A stretch of 29,246 bases of DNA from a virus. Taxonomy: Duplodnaviria; Caudoviricetes. Below are positions 17,788 through 25,556 of the stretch, in pieces; within the stretch, counting starts at the first letter, position 1; every line of letters begins with the position of its first letter. The stretch covers positions 1 to 29,246 of the IMG/VR virus record IMGVR_UViG_3300025653_005621; one strand, given 5' to 3'. The notes under the pieces were generated by a model, which searched no databases, was not told the DNA's origin, and was given only the letters and a program-made list of their open reading frames with translations. The position numbers and the translations under genes were made by a program.

Positions 17788-17793
17788 ACTACT

Positions 17794-17821
17794 ATTATAT
17801 ATGAATTAATTTGCATGTCAA
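17794..17821 (-). promoter_or_regulatory. sigma70-type promoter TTGACA-N16-TATAAT; leaderless geometry
   Basis: TTGACA at 17821-17816, TATAAT at 17799-17794, then 6 nt to ATG 17787. Confidence 0.8.
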
Positions 17822-17833
17822 TCACTAATTTAG

Positions 17834-17840
17834 ATAAATA
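17834..17840 (+). promoter_or_regulatory. late promoter motif ATAAATA (divergent, rightward arm)
   Basis: Lies at the strand switch; followed by a leader with GGAG SD and ATG 17881. Confidence 0.6.
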
Positions 17841-17880
17841 CAACTGTAACTTTTACAAATGGTACAAATGGGAGACATAC

Positions 17881-18486
17881 ATGGCCACTGTTAAAAAATA
17901 TAATTTAGCAGGTTTGAACGCAAACGTCGAACTTGGAAAGCAAGGTTCTTATATCACGGGCGGTGCAAATGAAATTGGATTTTATGCAAATGGCGGTGCA
18001 TTGCAAAAATTAAAGATTGCAAATGCAACGGTAGCAAGTGAAGCGGTAACTAAAGCTCAATTAGACGATGTAGCGGCAGATCTTTTACAACATGTCACAG
18101 TAGACGTTGACTATGATAGCGGTAGTGCAAACATAGCAACAGTCGGTTCAGGCACTAGAGTTATTAGTGTTACTGTTGATGTTCCAATTGCTTGGACAGC
18201 ACCAAACAATACAGCAACCTACATAGAAGTAGGTGATTCAGACAACCAATCAAGATATATTAGAGCACAAGATATAGATGTTTTGAAAGCGGCACAATAT
18301 CACAGCCAATACCAATACGAATATGGTAGTGAGGGAACACTAACATATGATATAACACAAGGTAGTGCAAGTGGAGGTAGTGCAACACTAAGCATTGTGT
18401 TAGCAAGTGATAGTGTAAGTGTTACTGACTATGGTTCAATTAACAATGCTCAAAACAGCAACAGTGATCTTGGTAACATTAGTTAA
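17881..18486 (+). CDS. putative virion structural (decoration/spike-like) protein
   Basis: G/S/T/A-rich; GGAG SD before ATG 17881; paralog of the next ORF. Confidence 0.6.
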   Translation: MATVKKYNLAGLNANVELGKQGSYITGGANEIGFYANGGALQKLKIANATVASEAVTKAQLDDVAADLLQHVTVDVDYDSGSANIATVGSGTRVISVTVDVPIAWTAPNNTATYIEVGDSDNQSRYIRAQDIDVLKAAQYHSQYQYEYGSEGTLTYDITQGSASGGSATLSIVLASDSVSVTDYGSINNAQNSNSDLGNIS

Positions 18487-18498
18487 TAGGGGTAAAGC

Positions 18499-19050
18499 AT
18501 GGTTGATTCAGTAAAGAACTACGGCATAACAGGTGTAAGTGGTAATGTCGAATTAGGTAAGGGTGGCCCTAGAGTAATTAGCAGTAGTGATGATATCTCC
18601 CTATTTGCAAATGCTGATACTCTAGCAAGAGCAAACATTGCGGCAGGTACTGATGATGCCCATGCGGTTACCAAACAACAAATGGACAATGCAACAGGTT
18701 CCCGTGTACAAAATATCACTGAAACTGTTACATACGATGGTGGTAATCAATTCCTATTCACTGTTCCAGCAAATACCACTATATTGAGTACTATGATAGA
18801 AACTACATCTGGTAATTGGACAGATTATAACAGCACTACTAATATAACAGTTGGTGATGCTGTAGACAATTCAAGATTATATGGTGTAGGTTTTGAACCA
18901 GACGGTAGTCAGCAAATAGATGAAACTAATCACATATACACAGCAGAAACTGATTTATATGCTTACGTAACACAAGGTGGTGCCAGTGCAGGTACTGCCA
19001 CAATTAGAGTTATGTTAAGAGGTTCTGAGGTAGACCAAACGTCCCCATAA
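18499..19050 (+). CDS. putative virion structural protein, paralog of 17881-18486
   Basis: Shares NVELGKxG, AVTKxQxD, VGD...SR and TQGxASxGxAT motifs. Confidence 0.6.
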   Translation: MVDSVKNYGITGVSGNVELGKGGPRVISSSDDISLFANADTLARANIAAGTDDAHAVTKQQMDNATGSRVQNITETVTYDGGNQFLFTVPANTTILSTMIETTSGNWTDYNSTTNITVGDAVDNSRLYGVGFEPDGSQQIDETNHIYTAETDLYAYVTQGGASAGTATIRVMLRGSEVDQTSP

Positions 19051-19051
19051 T

Positions 19052-19909
19052 ATGAATCTTAACGAATTGAAAAACAAAGTTGCAAGAACAACTGACCCAA
19101 AACCAAAGTTAAGGAAGCCTACTAGAGGACATCAAAGTAAAGGTGGACTAGAAGGTCAACTAGTTGGCGAAGGTGATGTTGTGCAAGGAAACTTTGCACC
19201 AACACCACAGCAAAAAGAAATAGCACGTAACGAAATGAAAGATGTGAATCAGGCTATTGCTATGTTGTTGGATAGACTGGAAGAAGCAAAAGAAATCACA
19301 AAGTCATTGCCATCGCAAATATCATTTCCAGTTGAATTAGAAGAATTGATCAAAGAATGTCAATTAGGCATTCAAACTATTAATCATATGATCGATGGTG
19401 TTCTCAGAGAAGCCGTACAAGTATATATGGTGTACAAAGATGGCTCACCAATATCTAAACATGCAAGTAAAAAAGATGCTGATCAAACAGCGGCCATGTT
19501 GTCAGTGCCTGGTTCGTCCAGCAAAATAGAAGTGCGTGGTCCCGTAGATGATCCACAACAAGCAAAGAAAGAAAAAGACAAATTCAATTATGTAGGCCAT
19601 ACTAAAGAAGCAGAAGAGCCTACAGCAGATAAAAGTGCAAGACACAAACTGGATCACAGTTTGAGAGCTCAAGGTCACAAAGTTGAAAAAGACAAAAAGA
19701 AAAAATTAAAAAAAGGTGAAGTCAAACACAAAGGCAAACTGTATGATGATTTGATAGCACTAGAAGACAAAAAGAAAACAAAAAAAGATGCCTGTTATCA
19801 CAAAGTAAAATCAAGATATAAAGTATGGCCCAGTGCCTACGCATCAGGTGCTCTTGTTCAGTGCCGTAAGAAAGGCGCTAAGAACTGGGGCAACAGTTCC
19901 AAGAAGTAA
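19052..19909 (+). CDS. modular phage protein with basic C-terminal KKDACYHKVKSRYKVWPSAYASGALVQCRK domain
   Basis: Long ORF; the C-terminal module is recognisable from T4-like marine phages. Confidence 0.7.
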   Translation: MNLNELKNKVARTTDPKPKLRKPTRGHQSKGGLEGQLVGEGDVVQGNFAPTPQQKEIARNEMKDVNQAIAMLLDRLEEAKEITKSLPSQISFPVELEELIKECQLGIQTINHMIDGVLREAVQVYMVYKDGSPISKHASKKDADQTAAMLSVPGSSSKIEVRGPVDDPQQAKKEKDKFNYVGHTKEAEEPTADKSARHKLDHSLRAQGHKVEKDKKKKLKKGEVKHKGKLYDDLIALEDKKKTKKDACYHKVKSRYKVWPSAYASGALVQCRKKGAKNWGNSSKK

Positions 19910-19915
19910 TAAATA
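19909..19915 (+). promoter_or_regulatory. late promoter motif ATAAATA-N5-ATG
   Basis: ATAAATA cttgt ATG (19921). Confidence 0.65.
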
Positions 19916-19920
19916 CTTGT

Positions 19921-20259
19921 ATGAAAATCACACAAATCCTGTCTGAAACCATAGAAGCATCGCAAGATCTTTCTGCGTTGATGCAGGGCATTGAACACGA
20001 CCTAGCAAACAGAGACAGAGAGATAGACGAAAACCTACGCAAGTGGTTCAAAGACAAATGGGTGCGTTTTGGTCCTGATGGCAAGATCAGAGGTGATTGT
20101 GCCAGAGGTTCAAGTTCAGAAGGCAAGCCTAAGTGTCTACCACAAAGCAAAGCACACGCTCTTGGCAAAAAAGGTCGCAAAACTGCGGCCAGTAGAAAAC
20201 GCCGACAAGATCCCAAAAAGAATCGCAAAGGCAAGGCCAAGAACGTCAAAACCAAATAG
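19921..20259 (+). CDS. basic viral protein with LRKWFKDKWV...KPKCLP domain (DUF5872-like)
   Basis: Acidic N-terminal segment followed by a basic Cys-containing module. Confidence 0.65.
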   Translation: MKITQILSETIEASQDLSALMQGIEHDLANRDREIDENLRKWFKDKWVRFGPDGKIRGDCARGSSSEGKPKCLPQSKAHALGKKGRKTAASRKRRQDPKKNRKGKAKNVKTK

Positions 20260-20268
20260 GAGTAATTT

Positions 20269-20469
20269 ATGGATAAGTTAAAATTAATGTATTCAATGGG
20301 CAAGGGCTGGCTAATGGCTCGCCTAGGAGAAAGAACATCTTGGGATGGTGGCGTACTGGTAGCAGTATGCGGTGGCTATCTTGTGTTAGGTGGACTCATT
20401 GATCTAGTTGCATGGGCCGGTTTATTATACGGTGCTTGGACAATTTGGAAAGCAGAATCAAGCAAATAA
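20269..20469 (+). CDS. small two-TM protein, possible holin
   Basis: RLGERTSWDG followed by two hydrophobic helices; AGGAG SD. Confidence 0.55.
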   Translation: MDKLKLMYSMGKGWLMARLGERTSWDGGVLVAVCGGYLVLGGLIDLVAWAGLLYGAWTIWKAESSK

Positions 20470-20479
20470 TTTTACACAT

Positions 20480-20508
20480 TCACTGCACTTCGGTGCAGTG
20501 ATTCTTCT
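20480..20508 (+). terminator. C(UUCG)G tetraloop terminator-like hairpin
   Basis: TCACTGCAC-TTCG-GTGCAGTGA followed by TTCTTCT. Confidence 0.75.
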
Positions 20509-20541
20509 AACCTAAATTCTCACAATCAAATCAAACGTCAT

Positions 20542-20549
20542 TATAAATA
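20542..20549 (+). promoter_or_regulatory. T4 late promoter consensus TATAAATA
   Basis: Exact match upstream of an AAGGAG SD and ATG 20568. Confidence 0.75.
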
Positions 20550-20567
20550 TCCCATATAAGGAGAATC

Positions 20568-20711
20568 ATGGCGACTAGAAGTAACAGTTATAAGAGTGTT
20601 CATGTTGGTATCAAAAAAGGTACCTCCATTGGTAACAATCCAAAACGCAAAAAGACAATGAACAAAAGCAAGAAACGCTCTTTCAAAAAATATCGCGGAC
20701 AAGGTAAGTAA
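20568..20711 (+). CDS. 47-aa highly basic protein (MATRSNSYKSVHVGIKKGTSIGNNPKRKKTMNKSKKRSFKKYRGQGK)
   Basis: Missed by the ORF track; has its own promoter and SD; KKYRGQG C-terminus is typical of small basic proteins of T4-like phages. Confidence 0.85.
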   Translation: MATRSNSYKSVHVGIKKGTSIGNNPKRKKTMNKSKKRSFKKYRGQGK

Positions 20712-20712
20712 T

Positions 20713-21894
20713 GTGTCAGAGCAAATTGAGTTCTTTTCTGATTCCATACATGTAAACGGAGTCGATCCAAAGTTTGGAAATGCAGGTAAAGATTTTCCTA
20801 TAGACTATCCACAAGATGCACTCAATTTTTTTGCCATAGAGCAAAAATACACTGACAATTGTTGTATACTAACATCAAATCCCAAAGGTAATTATCTCTA
20901 CAGTATAAAATGGTTTGCATTTAGGACTGGGGCACACATGCCTTGCAAATATTTCTACATACCCCCTAATGTATTAGATGATGTTAAACAAGGCAGATGT
21001 AAAGTGGCAATCAATAATGCAACCGAAGGTGCTGACTATGACTTTACTGATACCAACCTACAACTTAAAAAAGTAAACATTAATGGTACTGACTTTTACA
21101 CATTGTCAGAAGTGTTAGCAAATACATGTAAAGTATATGATTTAGAAATGCAACACTTTATATATCTAACTGCAAACATAAGATTAAAGCCAAAGATTCC
21201 TATCACTGTTATCAAATATGATTATATTTTTTATAACATGGTAGACAAAAGTCATGATTATCCTATAGTGTATGACAAAGAATATAAAATATTGTCATTA
21301 AACAAGAAGCAGAGACCTCATAGAACAAAATTTATTAACTATCTGATACAAAGTGATCAATTAGTTAACAACTGTATATCCGCCCATTGGCTTGATATTA
21401 AAATAGATCCAAAGCACGAACTCGATCCAAAGTTTCATTTTCATGAATACCACAATGATATTGGTAACATAGAAGTATTTTTGGATAGTTATGTAAACTT
21501 TGTAACTGATACATGGCTTGAAACCAGCGATCAATATACACACCCTGATGAAGAATTAATTCTAACAGAAAAAATATCCAAGTCTATATTAATGAAACAG
21601 CCATTTGTGTTCCTAGGACGTGAAGGTATATTGCAAGAATTACGTAATAGAGGGTTCAAAACATTTATGGAATGGTGGGACGAAAGTTACGACCTTGAAA
21701 CTGACAGTAGCACACGTACTAAATTAATCATAGACTTGTTTGATGAACTCAATAGTTTTACAAAATCTGATTGGACTGTGATCATAGAAGAAATGGAAGA
21801 CGTATTGGTCTACAATTATAACCATTTCAAATATCTTGCTAGTAAAGAGAACAAAAATTTTGTCAAACAGATAAATGCTATTTTTGATAAATAG
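20713..21894 (+). CDS. putative glycosyltransferase-like protein (ET..TEK..PF family), paralog 4
   Basis: SLNKKQRPHR; NFVTDT...LTEKISKSILMKQPFVFLG...LRNRGFKTFMEWWDESYD. Confidence 0.55.
   Translation: MSEQIEFFSDSIHVNGVDPKFGNAGKDFPIDYPQDALNFFAIEQKYTDNCCILTSNPKGNYLYSIKWFAFRTGAHMPCKYFYIPPNVLDDVKQGRCKVAINNATEGADYDFTDTNLQLKKVNINGTDFYTLSEVLANTCKVYDLEMQHFIYLTANIRLKPKIPITVIKYDYIFYNMVDKSHDYPIVYDKEYKILSLNKKQRPHRTKFINYLIQSDQLVNNCISAHWLDIKIDPKHELDPKFHFHEYHNDIGNIEVFLDSYVNFVTDTWLETSDQYTHPDEELILTEKISKSILMKQPFVFLGREGILQELRNRGFKTFMEWWDESYDLETDSSTRTKLIIDLFDELNSFTKSDWTVIIEEMEDVLVYNYNHFKYLASKENKNFVKQINAIFDK
21887..21893 (+). promoter_or_regulatory. late promoter motif ATAAATA-N6-ATG
   Basis: ATAAATA gtttat ATG (21900); overlaps the upstream TAG. 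Confidence 0.65.
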
Positions 21895-21899
21895 TTTAT

Positions 21900-23555
21900 A
21901 TGAAACTGTTAGACATCGGCGAAAGCATAACAACTGAAGCAATAGACTTAGATGCATTGCAATCTAGGTTATATGATCTTGAAGCGGCACAAAAACGTGC
22001 CAGAGAAATCACTAAAAATATCAAGTATGTTGATCAGCACATGGATATTATCAGAGAACTTGAGAATCTTGCAGAAGAAGTTGGACTAACATTAGATGAC
22101 TATAATGTACGTCAAGTTTATCAAGCAAAAAACAATTTAGAAAGTGCAATATACGAACTCGAAGAAGCATTTGAAGATGCAATCAGAGATGCACAAAATG
22201 CTGTTGACGATGCTGAATATGATATGGAAGAAGGCCGTATTGAAGATACATTTGGTACTAAAACCATAGACAAACATGATAAGCCTCGAAAGAGAAAGAA
22301 AAAAGAAGTTGACGAATCACTCAAAGCACTAGCAAGACATGTCAAAGAGGGTGTGCCTCTACCAGACAGTCTTTTCAGATATCAAAGCGAAGCCTACTTT
22401 GATACGTTCCGCAAAGCCAAACAATTACGAGAAGCAGGTTCACTTCCTGAGTTAGATTGGGAAAGTGAAGAAATGCTTGGTACCGACATAGGTGAAAGTG
22501 TACGGTTGAAAGGTATTGGTCCTGTTTGGTTGGATGTTCCGTATCTGGATGAGAGTGATGATTATGAAATGACTACTTGTGATTATTGTCATGGCAACGA
22601 ATGGGATCCAGATGGCCCACAAGAGGATGACAATTATGATGACTGTCCAAAATGTGGTGGCACAGGTGAAATTCCCAAGGACGACTTAGGCGGAAGTTTA
22701 ACTTCAGAAGGAATCAACGAAGACTACGATCCAAAATTAATCTCTATGTTAGCAAAGTTTGAAGATGACTGCGACGAAATATATAGATACTATGGCGACA
22801 CAGACGTAATAACAATTGATGAGTTAATCAAAGCAGGCAAGGCAGAAGAAGCCGCTGATGAAATGGCTACTGCAATGTCAGATCAAGATGGTGGTAGCAG
22901 TAAGCATGATTACATTTATGCTTTAGCAAAAGATGCAGTAGACGATTACATGTATGATATGAATGAAGCCAAAGGTGACATTCGAAAAGCATTAGGTGGA
23001 GTGGCACTTGCAGGTTTACTTGGTTATGGTGCTATTAAGACAACCAACGACATGGACCAACAAGCATATAGTAAGAGTGTGCAATTACCTCAACTTGAAT
23101 TGTATTTAGATTATGCTGAACAACAAGGCGATGACAGAATGATCAAGCAATTAAAACAACGTATTGGCAATCATAAAATGCGTCTAAGTTTGGGCAAAGG
23201 TGATGTAAGAGACAGCAAAAACAAACCTATAGAAGTTGTTTACGACAAAGAAGGCAAAGCACAGGGACCTGTCAAAGAAGCAGAATACAACGGCAAGGAT
23301 GTAGAACTAAACAAACCAAAACGTGGCGGTAGTAAGAAATACTATGTGTACGTTAAAAATCCTAAAACAGGCAGAGTTAAAAAGATTTCCTTTGGTGATG
23401 TCACAGGACTTAAAACAAAATCTGGCAACAAGAAAAGAGCAAAATCATTTGCCGCTAGACACAACTGTGAAAAGAAAAATGACAAAATGAAAGCCGGTTA
23501 CTGGGCATGTCGCTTACCACGATACGGCTTAGTAAAAGGTGGACAGTGGTGGTAA
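21900..23555 (+). CDS. modular acidic phage protein with a CxxC zinc-finger insert and a basic C-terminal domain; putative head-internal protein
   Basis: CDYC...CPKCGGTG; C-terminal EAEYNGKDVELNKP...KKYYVYVKNP...SFAARHNC...AGYWAC module. Confidence 0.7.
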   Translation: MKLLDIGESITTEAIDLDALQSRLYDLEAAQKRAREITKNIKYVDQHMDIIRELENLAEEVGLTLDDYNVRQVYQAKNNLESAIYELEEAFEDAIRDAQNAVDDAEYDMEEGRIEDTFGTKTIDKHDKPRKRKKKEVDESLKALARHVKEGVPLPDSLFRYQSEAYFDTFRKAKQLREAGSLPELDWESEEMLGTDIGESVRLKGIGPVWLDVPYLDESDDYEMTTCDYCHGNEWDPDGPQEDDNYDDCPKCGGTGEIPKDDLGGSLTSEGINEDYDPKLISMLAKFEDDCDEIYRYYGDTDVITIDELIKAGKAEEAADEMATAMSDQDGGSSKHDYIYALAKDAVDDYMYDMNEAKGDIRKALGGVALAGLLGYGAIKTTNDMDQQAYSKSVQLPQLELYLDYAEQQGDDRMIKQLKQRIGNHKMRLSLGKGDVRDSKNKPIEVVYDKEGKAQGPVKEAEYNGKDVELNKPKRGGSKKYYVYVKNPKTGRVKKISFGDVTGLKTKSGNKKRAKSFAARHNCEKKNDKMKAGYWACRLPRYGLVKGGQWW

Positions 23556-23833
23556 AACCTTACACCCAATCTCAAATATCTAAAAATAAATTTGAACGTA
23601 TATTTCGTGAACACACTAACGAAGACGAATTGGTATGGCACAGAGACAGAAAAAACAGAATCGTTAAAATTATTGAATGCAATGGTTGGAAGTTTCAACA
23701 GGACAACAAATTGCCCATAGAGTTACATGAGGGCGATACACTACACATAAAAGCAAACGAATATCACAGAGTACTAAAAGGCTCAGGTAGCCTGGTAGTG
23801 GAGATTACAGAACATGGATCTGAGGATAGTTGA
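23549..23833 (+). CDS. cupin-like phage protein
   Basis: ELVWHRD...IKANEYHRVLKG; GTG 23549 follows an AAGGTGG SD. Confidence 0.65.
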   Translation: MVKPYTQSQISKNKFERIFREHTNEDELVWHRDRKNRIVKIIECNGWKFQQDNKLPIELHEGDTLHIKANEYHRVLKGSGSLVVEITEHGSEDS

Positions 23834-24449
23834 AAACAGCGGATTTCATCCAACAGCAACAATAACAAAACCCATGATGGACGAAGAAGTTCTTGCCTGG
23901 AGCATGAAGTACTTTGACAAAGACGGTTTTGAAATCAACGAACTTGAACAAGCATACTACCGAGACAATGATATCTTTATTGACGGTATGCATTTATTTC
24001 ACATTGCCAACCAAACAGACTGGATAGTGGATCGGGAAAATAGTGATTTTGGTTGTGTCGTAGACCACAGCATGATATCAACACGTTGGGCATTTGGTGG
24101 TAAAGCCAGAGAACAACTTATTGCACTGAGTTATCGCAAACCAGAACTTAACAAACTGTTAGCAATACGTCCTAAGTGGGGCATAGATTTTAGCCTTGAT
24201 TACATTTACCCAGGTGGTTGTATGGAACTGTTTCACATAGAAGCAGACTATTGGACATATGACGAAGCATTAGAAGGCAAGTGGAAAGCAGAAGAACTCA
24301 TCATGAATGCAGATTGGGAAGATCAAGCAGAAACTGTCCTCAAGAAAAAAGATCAGTGGATAGACTTGAATGCTGATGATCAAGCCGATTGGAAAGCACA
24401 GTACTTTGGTTGGGATAGAGCATTCGATAACTTCAAGGTATTCTCATAG
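23814..24449 (+). CDS. hypothetical phage protein
   Basis: 211-aa ORF within the operon. Confidence 0.75.
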   Translation: MDLRIVENSGFHPTATITKPMMDEEVLAWSMKYFDKDGFEINELEQAYYRDNDIFIDGMHLFHIANQTDWIVDRENSDFGCVVDHSMISTRWAFGGKAREQLIALSYRKPELNKLLAIRPKWGIDFSLDYIYPGGCMELFHIEADYWTYDEALEGKWKAEELIMNADWEDQAETVLKKKDQWIDLNADDQADWKAQYFGWDRAFDNFKVFS

Positions 24450-24454
24450 CACCC

Positions 24455-24462
24455 TATAAATA
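24455..24462 (+). promoter_or_regulatory. T4 late promoter TATAAATA-N5-ATG
   Basis: TATAAATA gttgc ATG (24468); no SD. Confidence 0.75.
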
Positions 24463-24467
24463 GTTGC

Positions 24468-25022
24468 ATGTTTGTAGAACTTGTAGACAACAACATAGAT
24501 GTAGTTGCTATTCAAAATGATTTGACAAAATTAATAGCAGAACACGATCTATATTATCAAAACCAAATATCTATAACCAGCGTCATGGGAGATGATAATT
24601 GGAGTTGCAGTATTGGCAGAGGCAATCTCAAATACAAGGAAAGATTCTACAGCACCATTAATAAATCTCTAGAGGGAACATATATACACAAGTTGGTAGA
24701 AAAATACAATCAATTTTACAGATGGCGTATACTAAAACTTCTACCTAAATCTACATACAGTGTGCATGATGATTTTAATGGAGTTGATGACAATTTGCGT
24801 TTACATATTCCCATACAAACTAACAACGACTGTTTCCTATGTTCGTTTGCACAAATGCCACAAAGCGGACAACAAGTAAATGTAATACACGAACATTTAG
24901 CATTAGGTAATAGTTATGAAGTAAACACCACAGGCTTGCACACTGCTGTAAACTACGGCACCACAGATAGATATCACTTAGTAGGAATACGTTATGAAAA
25001 TAGGAATAACAGGACACACTAG
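24468..25022 (+). CDS. 2OG-Fe(II) oxygenase, Asp/Asn beta-hydroxylase-like
   Basis: YSVHDD (HxD), RLHIPIQTN, NTTGLHTAVN..RYHLV. Confidence 0.75.
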   Translation: MFVELVDNNIDVVAIQNDLTKLIAEHDLYYQNQISITSVMGDDNWSCSIGRGNLKYKERFYSTINKSLEGTYIHKLVEKYNQFYRWRILKLLPKSTYSVHDDFNGVDDNLRLHIPIQTNNDCFLCSFAQMPQSGQQVNVIHEHLALGNSYEVNTTGLHTAVNYGTTDRYHLVGIRYENRNNRTH

Positions 25023-25551
25023 CGGCATTGGCAAGGCATTATATGACACACTGATTTACAAAGGTCATACATGTATTGGTTTCAGCAGAAGAAACAGTTA
25101 TGACATTAGTGATCAAGAAGATCGCAATGCTATTTTACACAATGTCAAAAACTGTGATGTGTTTATTAATAATGCTTGGGCAGACTTTTATCAGGTAGAT
25201 TTATTCCAAGGTGTGTTTGACATGTGGATAAGTGATAAAAGCAAAACAATCATAAACATAAACAGCAGAAGCAAATACGGCATCAGCGGCAATCCAAGTT
25301 ACAGTGCAACTAAAAAGCAATTGGCTAAAGTTGCATACGATGGCATGTTTAATCCTGACAAACGATGTCGCATTATCAATATCAATCCGGGTTATGTAAA
25401 AACAGACATGACTGCAGATAAACATGATACAGTGCCTATGCTGTCTGCCAAAGAATGTGCAGACATGATTTTATGGGCACTTAACCAACCACAACACATT
25501 GAAATTGGAGAAATGAGCATGTGGCTCACATCACTTGATCATGATAAATAG
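24994..25551 (+). CDS. short-chain dehydrogenase/reductase
   Basis: ITGHTSGIG, FINNA, YSATK (YxxxK), INPGYVKTDM. Confidence 0.9.
   Translation: MKIGITGHTSGIGKALYDTLIYKGHTCIGFSRRNSYDISDQEDRNAILHNVKNCDVFINNAWADFYQVDLFQGVFDMWISDKSKTIININSRSKYGISGNPSYSATKKQLAKVAYDGMFNPDKRCRIININPGYVKTDMTADKHDTVPMLSAKECADMILWALNQPQHIEIGEMSMWLTSLDHDK
25544..25550 (+). promoter_or_regulatory. late promoter motif ATAAATA-N6-ATG
   Basis: ATAAATA gtgtat ATG (25557); overlaps the upstream TAG. Confidence 0.65.
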
Positions 25552-25556
25552 TGTAT

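Noticed and set aside
17815-17880. Longer N-terminus given in the ORF track
   Set aside because: It overlaps both promoters; the GGAG SD and the paralog's N-terminus support ATG 17881
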